Below, piece by piece: positions 18,399 through 28,900 of a stretch of 64,000 nucleotides of DNA (its first letter is position 1; each line of letters opens with the position of its first letter). The notes under the pieces were generated by a model, which worked only from the letters and a program-made list of their open reading frames with translations, had not been told where the DNA came from and searched no databases. Source of the stretch: an uncultured Gemmatimonadales bacterium (lineage in GTDB: Bacteria; Gemmatimonadota; Gemmatimonadetes; Gemmatimonadales; GWC2-71-9); contig CAWGSK010000012.1 in assembly GCA_963825055.1 (NCBI GenBank), positions 288,001 to 352,000 on the forward strand. Direction: 5' to 3'. A program made the translations under genes and the position numbers.

Positions 18399-19129
18399 TG
18401 GAGATGGAGAAGCGGGAGCAGGGAAGAGAGAACAGGGGCGTGCTCCCGGGCCGGCCGCCTGTCCGCTTTGCCCGGTTCCCGCTTCCCATCCTCCTTCTGA
18501 CCAGCGCCCTCGCCGGCTGCCGGGCTGATATCGGCCCGGGAACCCCCGGGATGGCTTCACTCGTGGTCACACCGGTCACGCCCGCCGGCGCGCTGGCGCC
18601 GACGCTGGTCCTGGAGGGCGTTCGGGTGGTGGTCAGCCATCCCGGCGCTGATACTCTCCGCGACTTCGTGGTGCCGATGGCGGTGGACCAGGATAGTCTC
18701 GTGGTCCGGGTCCCGCTGCTCCTGCCGGCCGAGGGCGACTCGCTCGCGGTCGGCCTCACGTACCTGGGTGCCGCGTCGGTCGCGCTCTTCACCGGCCAGC
18801 GGAGCGGTTTCTTCCTGCCCGGCGCCGCGACCCCGCTCCAGATCCCGCTCGTGTACGTCGGCCCGGGTGTGGCCACCACCACGCTTCAGCTCCTGCCTTC
18901 CGACACCAGCGTCACCGTCGGGAGCATCGTGACCTACACGGTCACGGCTGCCGACGGCCAGGGACTTCCCGTGCCCGACGTCTACGTGACGTGGAGCGTG
19001 ACCGACCCGTCGGTGGCGATCAGCGCGCTCGGTATTCTCGTGGCGCCCCTCGTCCCGACTCAGCTGCAGGTGACCGCCGTGACGCCGACCGGCGTTCGGG
19101 GCACGGCCAACCTGGTGGTGACACCCTAG
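18398..19129 (+). CDS. Ig-like domain lipoprotein (true start may be GTG at about 18440)
   Basis: Lipobox LAGC; C-terminal beta-rich Ig-like pattern VTWSVTDPSVAISALG...VTAVTP. Confidence 0.68.
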   Translation: MEMEKREQGRENRGVLPGRPPVRFARFPLPILLLTSALAGCRADIGPGTPGMASLVVTPVTPAGALAPTLVLEGVRVVVSHPGADTLRDFVVPMAVDQDSLVVRVPLLLPAEGDSLAVGLTYLGAASVALFTGQRSGFFLPGAATPLQIPLVYVGPGVATTTLQLLPSDTSVTVGSIVTYTVTAADGQGLPVPDVYVTWSVTDPSVAISALGILVAPLVPTQLQVTAVTPTGVRGTANLVVTP

Positions 19130-19135
19130 CGCCGC

Positions 19136-20356
19136 TCACGGTGTGGCCGGCGGCTGGATCGTCCCGTCGGGCGCGAACCGCGCGGCCGATGGCCCGAAGT
19201 CTTCCTCCGACAACAGGCGCATCACCTGGACGGCCCGTCCCGAGGGATCGGGTTGGGGCCCCAGGCGTGGCGGCTGCCGCAGGGGAACGGCGCGGGCGTG
19301 GAGAAGGGTTCCGTCTCCCGCAAACTCGAGCTGCAGGATGGTCGTGAGGCCATTGGGACCCTGGAGGTTGAAGCCGCGGTACGTGAGGAAGTTGCCCAGC
19401 GAGTAGGCGATGAGCCGCCCGCGGTAGAACTCCATCCCCCGCAGGACATGCGGCCCGTGTCCCACCACGGCGTCGGCCCCGGCATCCACTACGGCGCGCG
19501 CCCAGGCTCGCAGGTGGCCGCGCGCCTCCCGCCCCAGGTACTCCATGCTGTCCGGCGTGTGCTGGGCGATGCTGCCCTCGCTGCCGCCGTGGAACGTGAC
19601 GATGAGGACATCCACATCCCGCCGGACCGAGTCGACGATCCGGGCGCTCTCCTCCGGGTCCAGCAGGTTGGGCGCGCTGGGATAGGTGGCGAACCCGACC
19701 ACGCCCACCACCGTCAGGCTGTCGCCCCGCTGGACCGTATCCACCACCACACGCCCGCCCGGGCCGTAGGTCCCCATCCCAAGGCGCCGGAACTCCTCCT
19801 CCGTGCCCAGCCGTCCCGCCAGGCCGTAGTCGTGCGCGTGGTTGTTCGCGAGATTCAGGTGGGTAAAGCCGGCGTCGGACAGGCGGGCGCCGAGATAGGT
19901 CGGGGTGAGGAAGACGTAGCACGTCCGCTGCACGGGAGGCCGGCGTCGCGGCCGGGTCCGGGTGGTGTCGACCTCCGGGCACTTTTCCGTGGTCCCGGTG
20001 TCGGCCAGGGTGCCCTCGAAGTTGCCGATGACGAGGTCGCCGGTGAGCATGCTGTCCACCGCCTCGAGCAGCCGGCGGCCGCTGTCCGGCGGCAGGCCGT
20101 CCGGCAGGGTGCTGGTGCCGAGGTTGATGTCGCCGGTCATGGCGAGGCGCACGGGGAGCGCGGCCCGCACCGGTCGGGGTGCCGGCACGGGCTGGGTGTC
20201 GGCGGCGATGGTGTCGGGTGCCACCGGCGCCAGGGTGTCCGACGCGGCTGCCGGAGGAGGCTCCGGGGTTGGAGCGGGAGCGGGAACGGCGGTCCCGCGG
20301 CTGCAGCCCGCCAGCAGCGCCGCCAGCGCCAGCAGTCGTACGGGTGAGCCGCTCAT
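19136..20356 (-). CDS. CapA-family metallophosphoesterase lipoprotein
   Basis: LAGC lipobox; TGDINLG, GNFEG, LANNHAHDYG, FHGG, GHGPHV, YSLGNF. Confidence 0.92.
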   Translation of the reverse strand: MSGSPVRLLALAALLAGCSRGTAVPAPAPTPEPPPAAASDTLAPVAPDTIAADTQPVPAPRPVRAALPVRLAMTGDINLGTSTLPDGLPPDSGRRLLEAVDSMLTGDLVIGNFEGTLADTGTTEKCPEVDTTRTRPRRRPPVQRTCYVFLTPTYLGARLSDAGFTHLNLANNHAHDYGLAGRLGTEEEFRRLGMGTYGPGGRVVVDTVQRGDSLTVVGVVGFATYPSAPNLLDPEESARIVDSVRRDVDVLIVTFHGGSEGSIAQHTPDSMEYLGREARGHLRAWARAVVDAGADAVVGHGPHVLRGMEFYRGRLIAYSLGNFLTYRGFNLQGPNGLTTILQLEFAGDGTLLHARAVPLRQPPRLGPQPDPSGRAVQVMRLLSEEDFGPSAARFAPDGTIQPPATP

Positions 20357-21798
20357 CCTGCGGTGTGTGACCCGGCGGCAATCGTGGCGTCGAGCTTGGC
20401 CAGGCTCGCCTCCCGACCCATGACGGCGAGGAGCTCGTTCACCGGCTCGGACACGGTCGATCCCGTCAGCGCGATGCGGACTGGCTGCATAACGTCGCCC
20501 AGCTTCAGTCCATCCCGCTCGGCGAGGGCGGTGATGGCGGCGAGCGTCCCGTCAGTGGTCCAGGCCTCCGCGGGCACTTCGTGGAGCGCAGCGGTGACGG
20601 CCTCGAGCCGTGCCGGGAAGGCGCCTTCCTGCTTCCGAACGTACTTCCGGGCCTTGTCGTCCAGCGCCTCCGGAGTCCGCCGGAGCCTCACCGCGACCTG
20701 CCCGGCAATCTGCGTAATGGTGCGGGACCGTGCCTTCACCGAGTCGACCAACGGGGTGAGGTCACCGCGGGCCTCGACACCCAGTTCCTTGAGCGCCTCC
20801 CTGACCGGATCGAGCAGGTCGGCACCGGGAAGGTGCGACAGGTACTGGCCGTTCATCCATTCGAGCTTCGCGACGTCGAACACCGCCGGCTTCTTCTGGA
20901 TTCCGTCAAGCGAGAACCGCGCGATCATCTCTCCCTCGGGAAGGATCTCGAGGTCTTCCCCCGGTGACCAGCCGAGGAGCGCCAGGAAATTCCGCATGGC
21001 GAGGGGCAGGATGCCCTGGCCGCGATAGTCTCCTACTGCCGTCGCGCCGTGGCGCTTGCTCAGTTTCTTGCCGTCGGGTCCCAGAATCATCGGGACGTGC
21101 GCGAACACCGGCGGGGTCCGGCCAAGGGCGCGATAGAGGGCCACCTGTTTCGGGGTGTTGGAGATGTGGTCGTCGCCGCGTATCACATGGGTGATTTCCA
21201 TGGCGATGTCGTCCGAGACGACCGCGAGATTGTAGATGGGCGTCCCGTCGCTCCGGAGGATCACCAGGTCGTCCAGGTCGGTTCCCTGGAAGCTGATCCG
21301 GCCGTGGACCGCATCTTCCCACGCGATCTCGCCGTCCGGCATCAGGAACCGGACCACGGCCTGCTCACCCGCGGCCAGCCGACGCTCCACTTCCTCCGCC
21401 GGTAACCGGTGGCAACGCCGGTCGTACCGGAACGCGCTGTGCGCCGCCCCGGCTGTCGCCCGCTGGTGGTCCAGCTCCTCACGGGAACAGAAGCAGCGAT
21501 ACGCCTGTCCAGCCGCGAGCAGCCGCTCCGCGTCGGCCCGGTGGCGATCGGTGTACTCCCCCTGGAAGAAGGGGCCCTCGTCGATCGGAATCCCGAGCCA
21601 GGCGAGACCCTCGAGAATCACCCGGGTGTGCGCCTCGGTGCTGCGCTCGCGATCGGTGTCCTCGATCCGGAGGATCATCGTGCCGCCGGTGTGGCGCGCG
21701 AAAAGCCAGTTGAACAGGGCCGTCCTGGCCCCGCCGACATGGAGGTAGCCGGTGGGGGAGGGAGCAAAGCGGACTCTGGGGTTCGCAGGTGCGGTCAT
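20353..21798 (-). CDS. gltX: Glutamate--tRNA ligase
   Basis: RFAPSPTGYLHVGG, IRGDDH, KKLSKRHG. Confidence 0.97.
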   Translation of the reverse strand: MTAPANPRVRFAPSPTGYLHVGGARTALFNWLFARHTGGTMILRIEDTDRERSTEAHTRVILEGLAWLGIPIDEGPFFQGEYTDRHRADAERLLAAGQAYRCFCSREELDHQRATAGAAHSAFRYDRRCHRLPAEEVERRLAAGEQAVVRFLMPDGEIAWEDAVHGRISFQGTDLDDLVILRSDGTPIYNLAVVSDDIAMEITHVIRGDDHISNTPKQVALYRALGRTPPVFAHVPMILGPDGKKLSKRHGATAVGDYRGQGILPLAMRNFLALLGWSPGEDLEILPEGEMIARFSLDGIQKKPAVFDVAKLEWMNGQYLSHLPGADLLDPVREALKELGVEARGDLTPLVDSVKARSRTITQIAGQVAVRLRRTPEALDDKARKYVRKQEGAFPARLEAVTAALHEVPAEAWTTDGTLAAITALAERDGLKLGDVMQPVRIALTGSTVSEPVNELLAVMGREASLAKLDATIAAGSHTAG

Positions 21799-22126
21799 CG
21801 GGTCACCGGATGGGTCGTGGATCGGTCCCGCCTGGCGTGCCGGGCGGTTGGGCGGGGAAGGTATCGGAGGTGCAAAGGGGCGCGCAACCGGCCCCACATG
21901 GGGTTTGAGCACCTCCGGCACTGTTCCTGCATCGAATCACATCAGCGACGGCCGAATGGCCGAATGCCACATGAGGTTGGAGCGGCCGCCAGCGATTGTT
22001 CGCCGCTTAATGCCATGAACAGCGCGATTTCAACTTGCAGGGTGCCGTGTGTCTAATCTCTGTACTATCGAATTTTGGGACACCTCATCGGACGGGTGTT
22101 CCCGACCTGTTCTCCGGGAGCGCCGC

Positions 22127-22597
22127 ATGATCGGAGTCCCACGCGATTCTCATCGGGCCGGCTTCAGCCTGATCGAGATGCTGATTGTCATCGTGGTCGT
22201 TGGCCTGATCACGCTGAGCGGGTGGCCCAGGCTGCGCGACGCGAAGATCCGCAGCGATGTCAGAAGTGCCCGCGGGCAGGTGATCGGCCTCTATGCCAAG
22301 GCCCGGGCCTCGGCGGTGGAAACCGGCCGGCAGACGACCCTCCGGTTTTCCGGCACCAGCGCCTGGATCACGGCGACCCCCCGTCTCACCGCGCTGGCCG
22401 GCAGCACCATCGACACGCTGGGCGGGGTCAGCAACCTCTTCACGACCTACGGTGTCGGCGTGGCCGCCGCGCCCTCCACCACGGTGACGGTGGACGCGCG
22501 CGGCATCGGCACGTCCGCCACGACCACGATCCGGCTCACTCGGGCCGGGATCACGGATTCGATCCAGATTTCCGCCTATGGCAAGGTGCAGAAATGA
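22127..22597 (+). CDS. Minor type IV pilin, FimT/FimU/GspH-like
   Basis: Class III signal G^FSLIEMLIVIVVVG. Confidence 0.85.
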   Translation: MIGVPRDSHRAGFSLIEMLIVIVVVGLITLSGWPRLRDAKIRSDVRSARGQVIGLYAKARASAVETGRQTTLRFSGTSAWITATPRLTALAGSTIDTLGGVSNLFTTYGVGVAAAPSTTVTVDARGIGTSATTTIRLTRAGITDSIQISAYGKVQK

Positions 22598-22962
22598 CCA
22601 GGTCTGATGCTGGTTTCACGCTGGTCGAGGTCCTGATTGCCATCATCGTCCTGTCGGTTGGGGCGCTGGCGATGGCCGGGACCAGCGCGGCCGCAATCCG
22701 CATGGTAGGCCAGGGCAAGCGCAGTACCCAGGTGGCCCAGCTCGCCGTCTCCCGCCTTGAAACGCTGCGGCGGATCAGCCGGTCGACCTCTCCGGCCTGT
22801 AACGCGCTCACCAGCGGCAACGCCAACGCGGCATTCGGCATGACCGAGACGTGGACCGTCTCCGGGGCCGGCACTACGCGCTCGGTCCAGATCCTCGTGC
22901 GGCATGCGGAACAGCGTGGCCTCCAGGTGGACACCGTGCAGGCCGTCCTGGGGTGCAAATGA
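22594..22962 (+). CDS. Minor type IV pilin, PilV-like
   Basis: G^FTLVEVLIAIIVLSVGALA; ATGA overlap. Confidence 0.85.
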   Translation: MTRSDAGFTLVEVLIAIIVLSVGALAMAGTSAAAIRMVGQGKRSTQVAQLAVSRLETLRRISRSTSPACNALTSGNANAAFGMTETWTVSGAGTTRSVQILVRHAEQRGLQVDTVQAVLGCK

Positions 22963-23820
22963 GCGCCGGGCGGAAGGGCTTCACGCTGATCGAGCTGATG
23001 GTCGCGCTCGTGATCCTGTCCATCGTGGGCACCGCGGCGTTTCGCACCCTGAGCCAGCAGCGACGGGTCTCCGATGCCCAGACCGAACAGACGTTCCTGC
23101 AGTCCGGGCATCCGCCTGGGCAGCCTGATCACCATGAGCGAGATGCAGAACGTCGCGGTGAGCGGCACCGGCGCCTCGGACCTCATCGCCCTGTCCGATA
23201 CGGCCGTAACCTACCGTGCCATGCGGACGGTGAGTGCAGCCTGTCAGGTAACCAAGAACGAGGTCCGGATCCGCGCCGACCTGGCGTTCGGTCCCCGCGC
23301 GATCGTACCCGGCCAGGACAGCATGTTCCTGTTCGTCGAGCGCGATCCCGCTATTGCCAGCGATGACATCTGGATCCCCCTGCGCATCACCGGTGTCACG
23401 AACGGAAGCACGTGCGGCGCCCGTCCGGCGATCGCCCTGGCGACAGATATCGACACCACGCTCGCGACGGGGACGCCGCTCAGCCAGATCGTCCTGGATG
23501 CGCCGGTCCGCACGTTCGAGGTGATGGAGCTGCTCATGTTCAGCCAGGGGGGCCAGAACTGGCTGGGCCTGCATTCGCTGTCCATCCCCGGCGGACAGGC
23601 GCCCCAGGCCGTGGTGGGGCCGCTCGCCCCCGGCGGGCTCACTCTCACGTACCTCACGTCGGCAGGCGCCGTGACGCTGACGCCGTCAGCCGTCCGCAGT
23701 ATGCGGGTCACCCTCCGGGGGATGAGTGACCGGGCGGTGCACACCGGCAAGACCACCACCCAGGTCGCCGCCCTGCAGGACAGCCTGACGACCGTCGTCC
23801 AGCTCCGGAATTCACCATGA
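22959..23820 (+). pseudogene. PilW-like minor pilin with an apparent +1 frameshift at about 23107 (may be a sequencing error)
   Basis: G^FTLIELMVAL in one frame; continues as IRLGSL...VVQLRNSP in the +1 frame. Confidence 0.75.
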
Positions 23821-24982
23821 CCCACCCCGTGCAGGAGATGTTCCATATGGAAGTGCGCAACGAACGCGGCATCGCGCTGCCGATCGTCATCTTCACAATG
23901 GTGATCATCGGGGCCATCGTCGCCGGCACCTTCTTCCTGGCGCGCCAGGAAGCCCGGACGGGTGACAACACCATTGCATCCGCGACCGCCTCGGAGGCGG
24001 CCGAGGCCGGCATCGCCCAGGTGATCGCCAACTGGTCGCCTTCCGCCTACAACGGGATCGCGGTGGGCGACAGCCTCGTCCTGACGACCACCTCGCTTGG
24101 CGGGAACGCGTCATACACGCCGACGCTTTCGCGCCTGAGCCCCCAGATCTTCCTGGTCCGGGCGGTGGGACGTTACCAGGCCAACGGCGTGCCGCCGCGC
24201 AGCCAGCGGCAGGTCGGCATGCTGGCCCGCCTGGACATCCCGGCGGTGAACATGACTTCGGCCATCACCGTCCGCACCGGTATTACGATCAGCGGCAGCT
24301 CGGAGGTCAGCGGGCGGGACTCGGTGCCGGCCGCCTGGGGAGCCAGCTGCCCGCCGGCCGGCCCGATGATGCCGGGGATTCGGGATTCCAGCGGGAACGT
24401 CAACACCTCCGGTGCGTGCAGTGGCGCCTCCTGCATTACCGGCAATCCCCAGATCCTGGTCGATCCCACGATTACGAGCGCCGCCTTCACCCAGTTCGGC
24501 AGCGTCACGTTCGCGCAGCTCGCTGCCTCCGCGAACAAGACCGTCAGCGGCACCATGAACAGCATCGCGCCGACGACCACCGGCTACGCCGGCGGCCTGC
24601 CAGCGGAGCAATATCATCAACTGGGGTGACCCGCATAGCGCGACGGGTGCCTGCTTCGACTACTTCCCGATCATCTACGCGCCCGGAGACCTGCGACTGA
24701 CCGGCGGATACGGGCAGGGCATCCTGCTGATCGCCGGGGACCTGGACCTTGCCGGCGGGTTCGAGTTCTACGGCCCGGTGATCGTCCAGGGGACGGTGCG
24801 CAGTACCGGTACGGGCGGCCACATCTTCGGGGGCCTGATGGCGGGAGCGGCCAACCTGGGCACGACGCTCATCAGCGGTAACTCGGTGGTGGACTACTCA
24901 TCCTGCTCCATCAATCGTGCCCTTCAGGGGGCCTCCGCTGGTTACCCCGCTCGGTGAGCGTCGCTGGTCACAGCTGTACTAG
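23817..24982 (+). pseudogene. PilX-like minor pilin with apparent +1 frameshifts at about 24584 and 24938 (may be sequencing errors)
   Basis: RG^IALPIV lacking E5; continues in +1 as NWGDP...GQGILLIAGDLDLAGGFEFYGPVIV, then in +2 as PLGERRWSQLY*. Confidence 0.72.
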
Positions 24983-24997
24983 GGGAACGCCAATGCA

Positions 24998-25042
24998 ACG
25001 AGGGGCCGGGACCGCACGCGCGGTTCCGGCCCCTCGTCATTT
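24998..25042. terminator. Hairpin between the convergent pilin operon and tRNA-Ser
   Basis: ACGAGGGGCCGGGACCGC / GCGGTTCCGGCCCCTCGT inverted repeat. Confidence 0.7.
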
Positions 25043-25049
25043 CCGGCCA

Positions 25050-25139
<90 letters not shown>

Positions 25140-25150
25140 CAGCGGCGCTA

Positions 25151-25179
25151 ACGCTAATCACCGAGGGCACGAGGGGCAA
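25151..25179 (-). promoter_or_regulatory. Sigma70-type promoter of tRNA-Ser(GCT)
   Basis: TTGCCC-17 nt-TAGCGT. Confidence 0.55.
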
Positions 25180-25278
25180 TGCCGTTCCCCCCGGAGGGGG
25201 TGACCCTTCCGCCCTCCATATGCACCCGGCCATATTGCAGGCGTCCCGCTGCGGTCCCGTGATTGCTCCGGAGGTCCT

Positions 25279-25906
25279 GTGCCGCGCCCCCTGCTTGTCT
25301 GCCTGGCTGCCCTTGCCTGTGCCGGTTCCGAATCATCCGCACCGACGTCGGCCCCGGAAGGGCGGTTCCTGCCGGTGTCCGGTGTTGTCCGTGATTCCAT
25401 CCTGGGCGAGCCGGTGGCGGGCGTCCGCGTTTATTGCCGGGGACTCCAGTTCTGTCACCGGTGTGGACGGGGCGTTTTCCCTCACGCTGGCGCAGGGCAG
25501 GCGGACGATTCAGGCCGCGCCCTTTGCCTTCGAACCCCTGCAATTGCCGATCGACCTCAATACCCCCCGGACCTTCGTCCTGCTGCTCCGGCGTGAAGCG
25601 CCAGCCGTCATCGCGTGCGTCGCTACTCCGGCGGGTCTGGCGGCCTGGGTGCTGGACCTGCAGGGCCGGAAGACAGTCGACCGCCGCTTCGCCACGTCGG
25701 TGGACATCGAGTCTCCGGGGGGGAACCGTCATCTCCTCGGCCATGAGCTCGGCTGGTACCCACTGTCCGACCTGATGTGGCGGGTGGACCTGCCCGGCAC
25801 AGGCCTCGACCGGGCCGATGTGATCTGGCATCTGGCAGATGGCGATGGCTTCCGCAGCGCACGCCGGTGCAGCGATGCCCCGGCCCAGGCTCCACCCTCC
25901 TTCTGA
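25279..25906 (+). pseudogene. Lipoprotein with a carboxypeptidase-regulatory-like beta domain; +1 frameshift at about 25431
   Basis: GGAGG RBS, GTG start, LAALAC lipobox, VSGVVRDSILGEPVAGVRV; continues as IAGDSSSVTGVDGAFSL in the +1 frame. Confidence 0.62.
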
Positions 25907-28900
25907 AAACCCTGCCCGGGGTTGAGGCTTCCGCCCAGGCGCCTGGTGGCCGTTGCGTCATCGTGGGTCTGGGTGCCTCGGCCGGAGGCCTGGAGGCCAT
26001 CCGCACGCTTCTGGATCACATGCCGTCGACGGAGGACATGGCCTTCGTCTACGTTCCGCACCTGAGCGCCAGTCACCAGAGCCTCCTGCCGGAGCTGCTG
26101 GCGCAGCACACGGAGATGGCCGTGGAGCAGATCCGGGACGGCATGCGCGTCGAGCCGAACCACTTCTACGTGATCGCGCCGGGCACGGGCGTCACGGTGC
26201 AGGGCGGCACGCTCCGGACAGCCCCTTCGGGAGAACACCGGCCTCCATCCGTCATTGACGAGTTCTTCCGCTCACTGGCGGAGGATCAGGGGCCGCACGC
26301 CGTGGGCGTTGTGCTGTCGGGCAGCGGGAGCGACGGCGCACTCGGGGTGCGGGCCATCAAGGAGCACGGCGGCCTGGCGCTCGCCCAGTCACCCTCCACC
26401 TCCCGGCATGAGGGGATGCCACTCGCGGCGGCAGCCACCGGCATGGTGGACAAGGTGCTGGACCTGGAAGTCATTCCTGAGGTCCTGTCGGACTACGTCG
26501 GCTTCCTGCGTTCCCTGAGCGCGTGTGACGGCCACGAGAAGCTCGAGGGACAGGTGCTGGAACTGCTCCCGCAGATCAGTAGTCTCCTGTACGAGGCGAC
26601 GGGGCACGACTTCAGCCGGTACAAGGAAAAAACGCTTGTGCGGCGCATCAAGCGCAGGCTTCAGCTGCACCAGCTCGATTCCGCCGAGCTCTACCATAGC
26701 CAACTGCGCAGCTCGCCCGAGGAGGTCGAGCGTCTTTTCCGCGACCTCCTGATTGGCGTCACGCACTTCTTCCGGGACGCCGAGGCCTTCGAGGCGCTGG
26801 AGCGCCTGGTCCTGGAACCGCTGGTCACGGGTGCCGACCGGTCCGGCGGCCCGGTGCGGATCTGGGTTCCGGCATGTTCCACGGGTGAGGAAGCCTACAG
26901 CCTGGCCATGCTCCTGAGCGAGCTCCGGTCGACCCATGGAGCCGACATCGATGTACAGATCTTCGCCACCGACATCGACGACATGGCACTCGAGGTGGCA
27001 CGCCGGGGACAGTATCCCGCTGCCATCGAGGACCAGCTTTCCTCCGAACGCCTGGAAAAGCATTTCACGACCCACGGTTCCGGATACCGGATCCGGAATG
27101 CGATCCGGGAGATGTGTGTCTTCTCGGTACACAGCGTCATCAAGGATCCTCCGTTCTCCCGGCTGGACCTGGTTTCCTGCCGGAACCTGCTCATCTATCT
27201 CGCGACGGACCTTCAGCGCCGCGTTCTGCCGCGATTCCACTTTGCCCTGAGACCGGGTGGCTGTCTGTTCCTCGGCCCGGCGGAGAATGCTTCCGGCTTC
27301 GACGGACTGTTCACGACAGTGGACGGCCGGCATCGCATTTTCCGCCGGCGGGATACCGTGGCGACGGTGCCGGCGGTGTCGCCATTGACGGCTCTGGACT
27401 GGCGGGCGGCAGCGCCAACGAAGGGAGAGCCGCCCGGCACCTCATCCGCGGATCGCGAGGGAATCCGCTCCCTCGAGCGGGTCATCCTGGAACAGTACGG
27501 GCCGGTGTGCGTGGTGGTGAACGCGAGGCAGGAGGTGGTGTATTACTCCGGCCGGACCAGCCGATACCTGGAACCGCCGGCCGGGGCGCCAACCGTCAAC
27601 GTGGTGAACCTCGCCCGGCGGGGGTTGCGGAGCAGGCTCCGGTCCGCCCTCTCGGCGGTAATGCGCACCGGGGTGCCGCTCGTCCAGCCGGCCGTGACCG
27701 TCCTGACGGAGGAAGGAAAGGAGACCATCAACCTCGTAGTCCGGCCCATGCCCGAGGCCCGGGAGAACGCCGGGCTCTACGTCATCGTGTTTCAGGAGCT
27801 CGCAGGACCGGTCGAAGGCGCCGAGCGGCGACGGACGAAGTCGGATGGTGAGGATCCCGTGGTTCAGGAACTCGAGGCGGAACTGCAGTCAACGCGCGAG
27901 AGCCTGGAGGCCACCATCGACCAGCTCGAGTCGTCCAACGAGCAGCTCAAGTCGTCGAACGAGGAGCTCGTCGCGATGAATGAGGAGCTGCAGAGCGCCA
28001 ACGAGGAGTACGAGACCTCGAAGGAGGAGCTGCAGTCCATCAATGAAGAGATGTCCACCATCAATGCCGAGCTCACCGAGAAAATCGCGCAGCTGGACCG
28101 GGCCAACGACGATTTGCGGAACTTGTTCCGCGCCACCGGCGTGGGCGTCATCGTCCTGGATGCGGACCTCCTGCTCCGTCGGTTTACCCCCGAGGCCGCG
28201 GGGCTGTTCCGCCTGATCCCGGGTGATATCGGGCGCCCCCTCTCGGACGTGCGATCCAGGGTCGATGACGACGTCGTCGAAGTAGCGCGCGAGGTGCTGG
28301 CGACTGGGAGCGAGGTCGAGCAGGAAGTCATGCGCACGGAAGGGAACCGGACCTGGATCATGCGGGTGACGCCGTACCGCTCCGAGGCCGATGCCATTGA
28401 CGGCGTCGTGTTGAGCTTTGCGGACGTCACGGCCATTCGCCGCATCGAGTCCGAGAAGGAGCGCCTGGCCGAGATTGTCCACTACTCGGAGGATGCCATC
28501 ATCGGCAAGACGCTCGATGGCGTCGTCTCCGCCTGGAATGCCGGGGCGGAGCGCCTCTTCGGGTACACCCCTGCGGAGGCGGTGGGCCGACCGGTGGCAG
28601 AGCTCATCGTGCCGCCCGAAGGCAAGGCGTGGCTCGAGGAAGTCTTCCAGCGGCTCCGGCGGGGCGAGCGGGTCGAGCCCTACGAGGTGGACCGTCAGAC
28701 GAAAGACGGCCGGCTGGTCCGTGTCCTGACTTCGGTCTCTGTCATCCCCGGGCCGGAAGGGGTTCCGTCGGGGCTGTCGGCAGTCATGCGGGACGTCACC
28801 CAGCGGGCCCGTGCTCTTGAGGCGCTCCAGCAGAGCGAACAGCGCCTCCGCCTCGCGCTCGCGGGTGCCCCCGTGTTCATGGCGAATGTGGACCGGGAAC

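Noticed and set aside
21800..22126. Riboswitch or T-box between gltX and the pilin cluster
   Set aside because: No recognisable c-di-GMP or T-box consensus by eye; an Rfam cmscan would be decisive.
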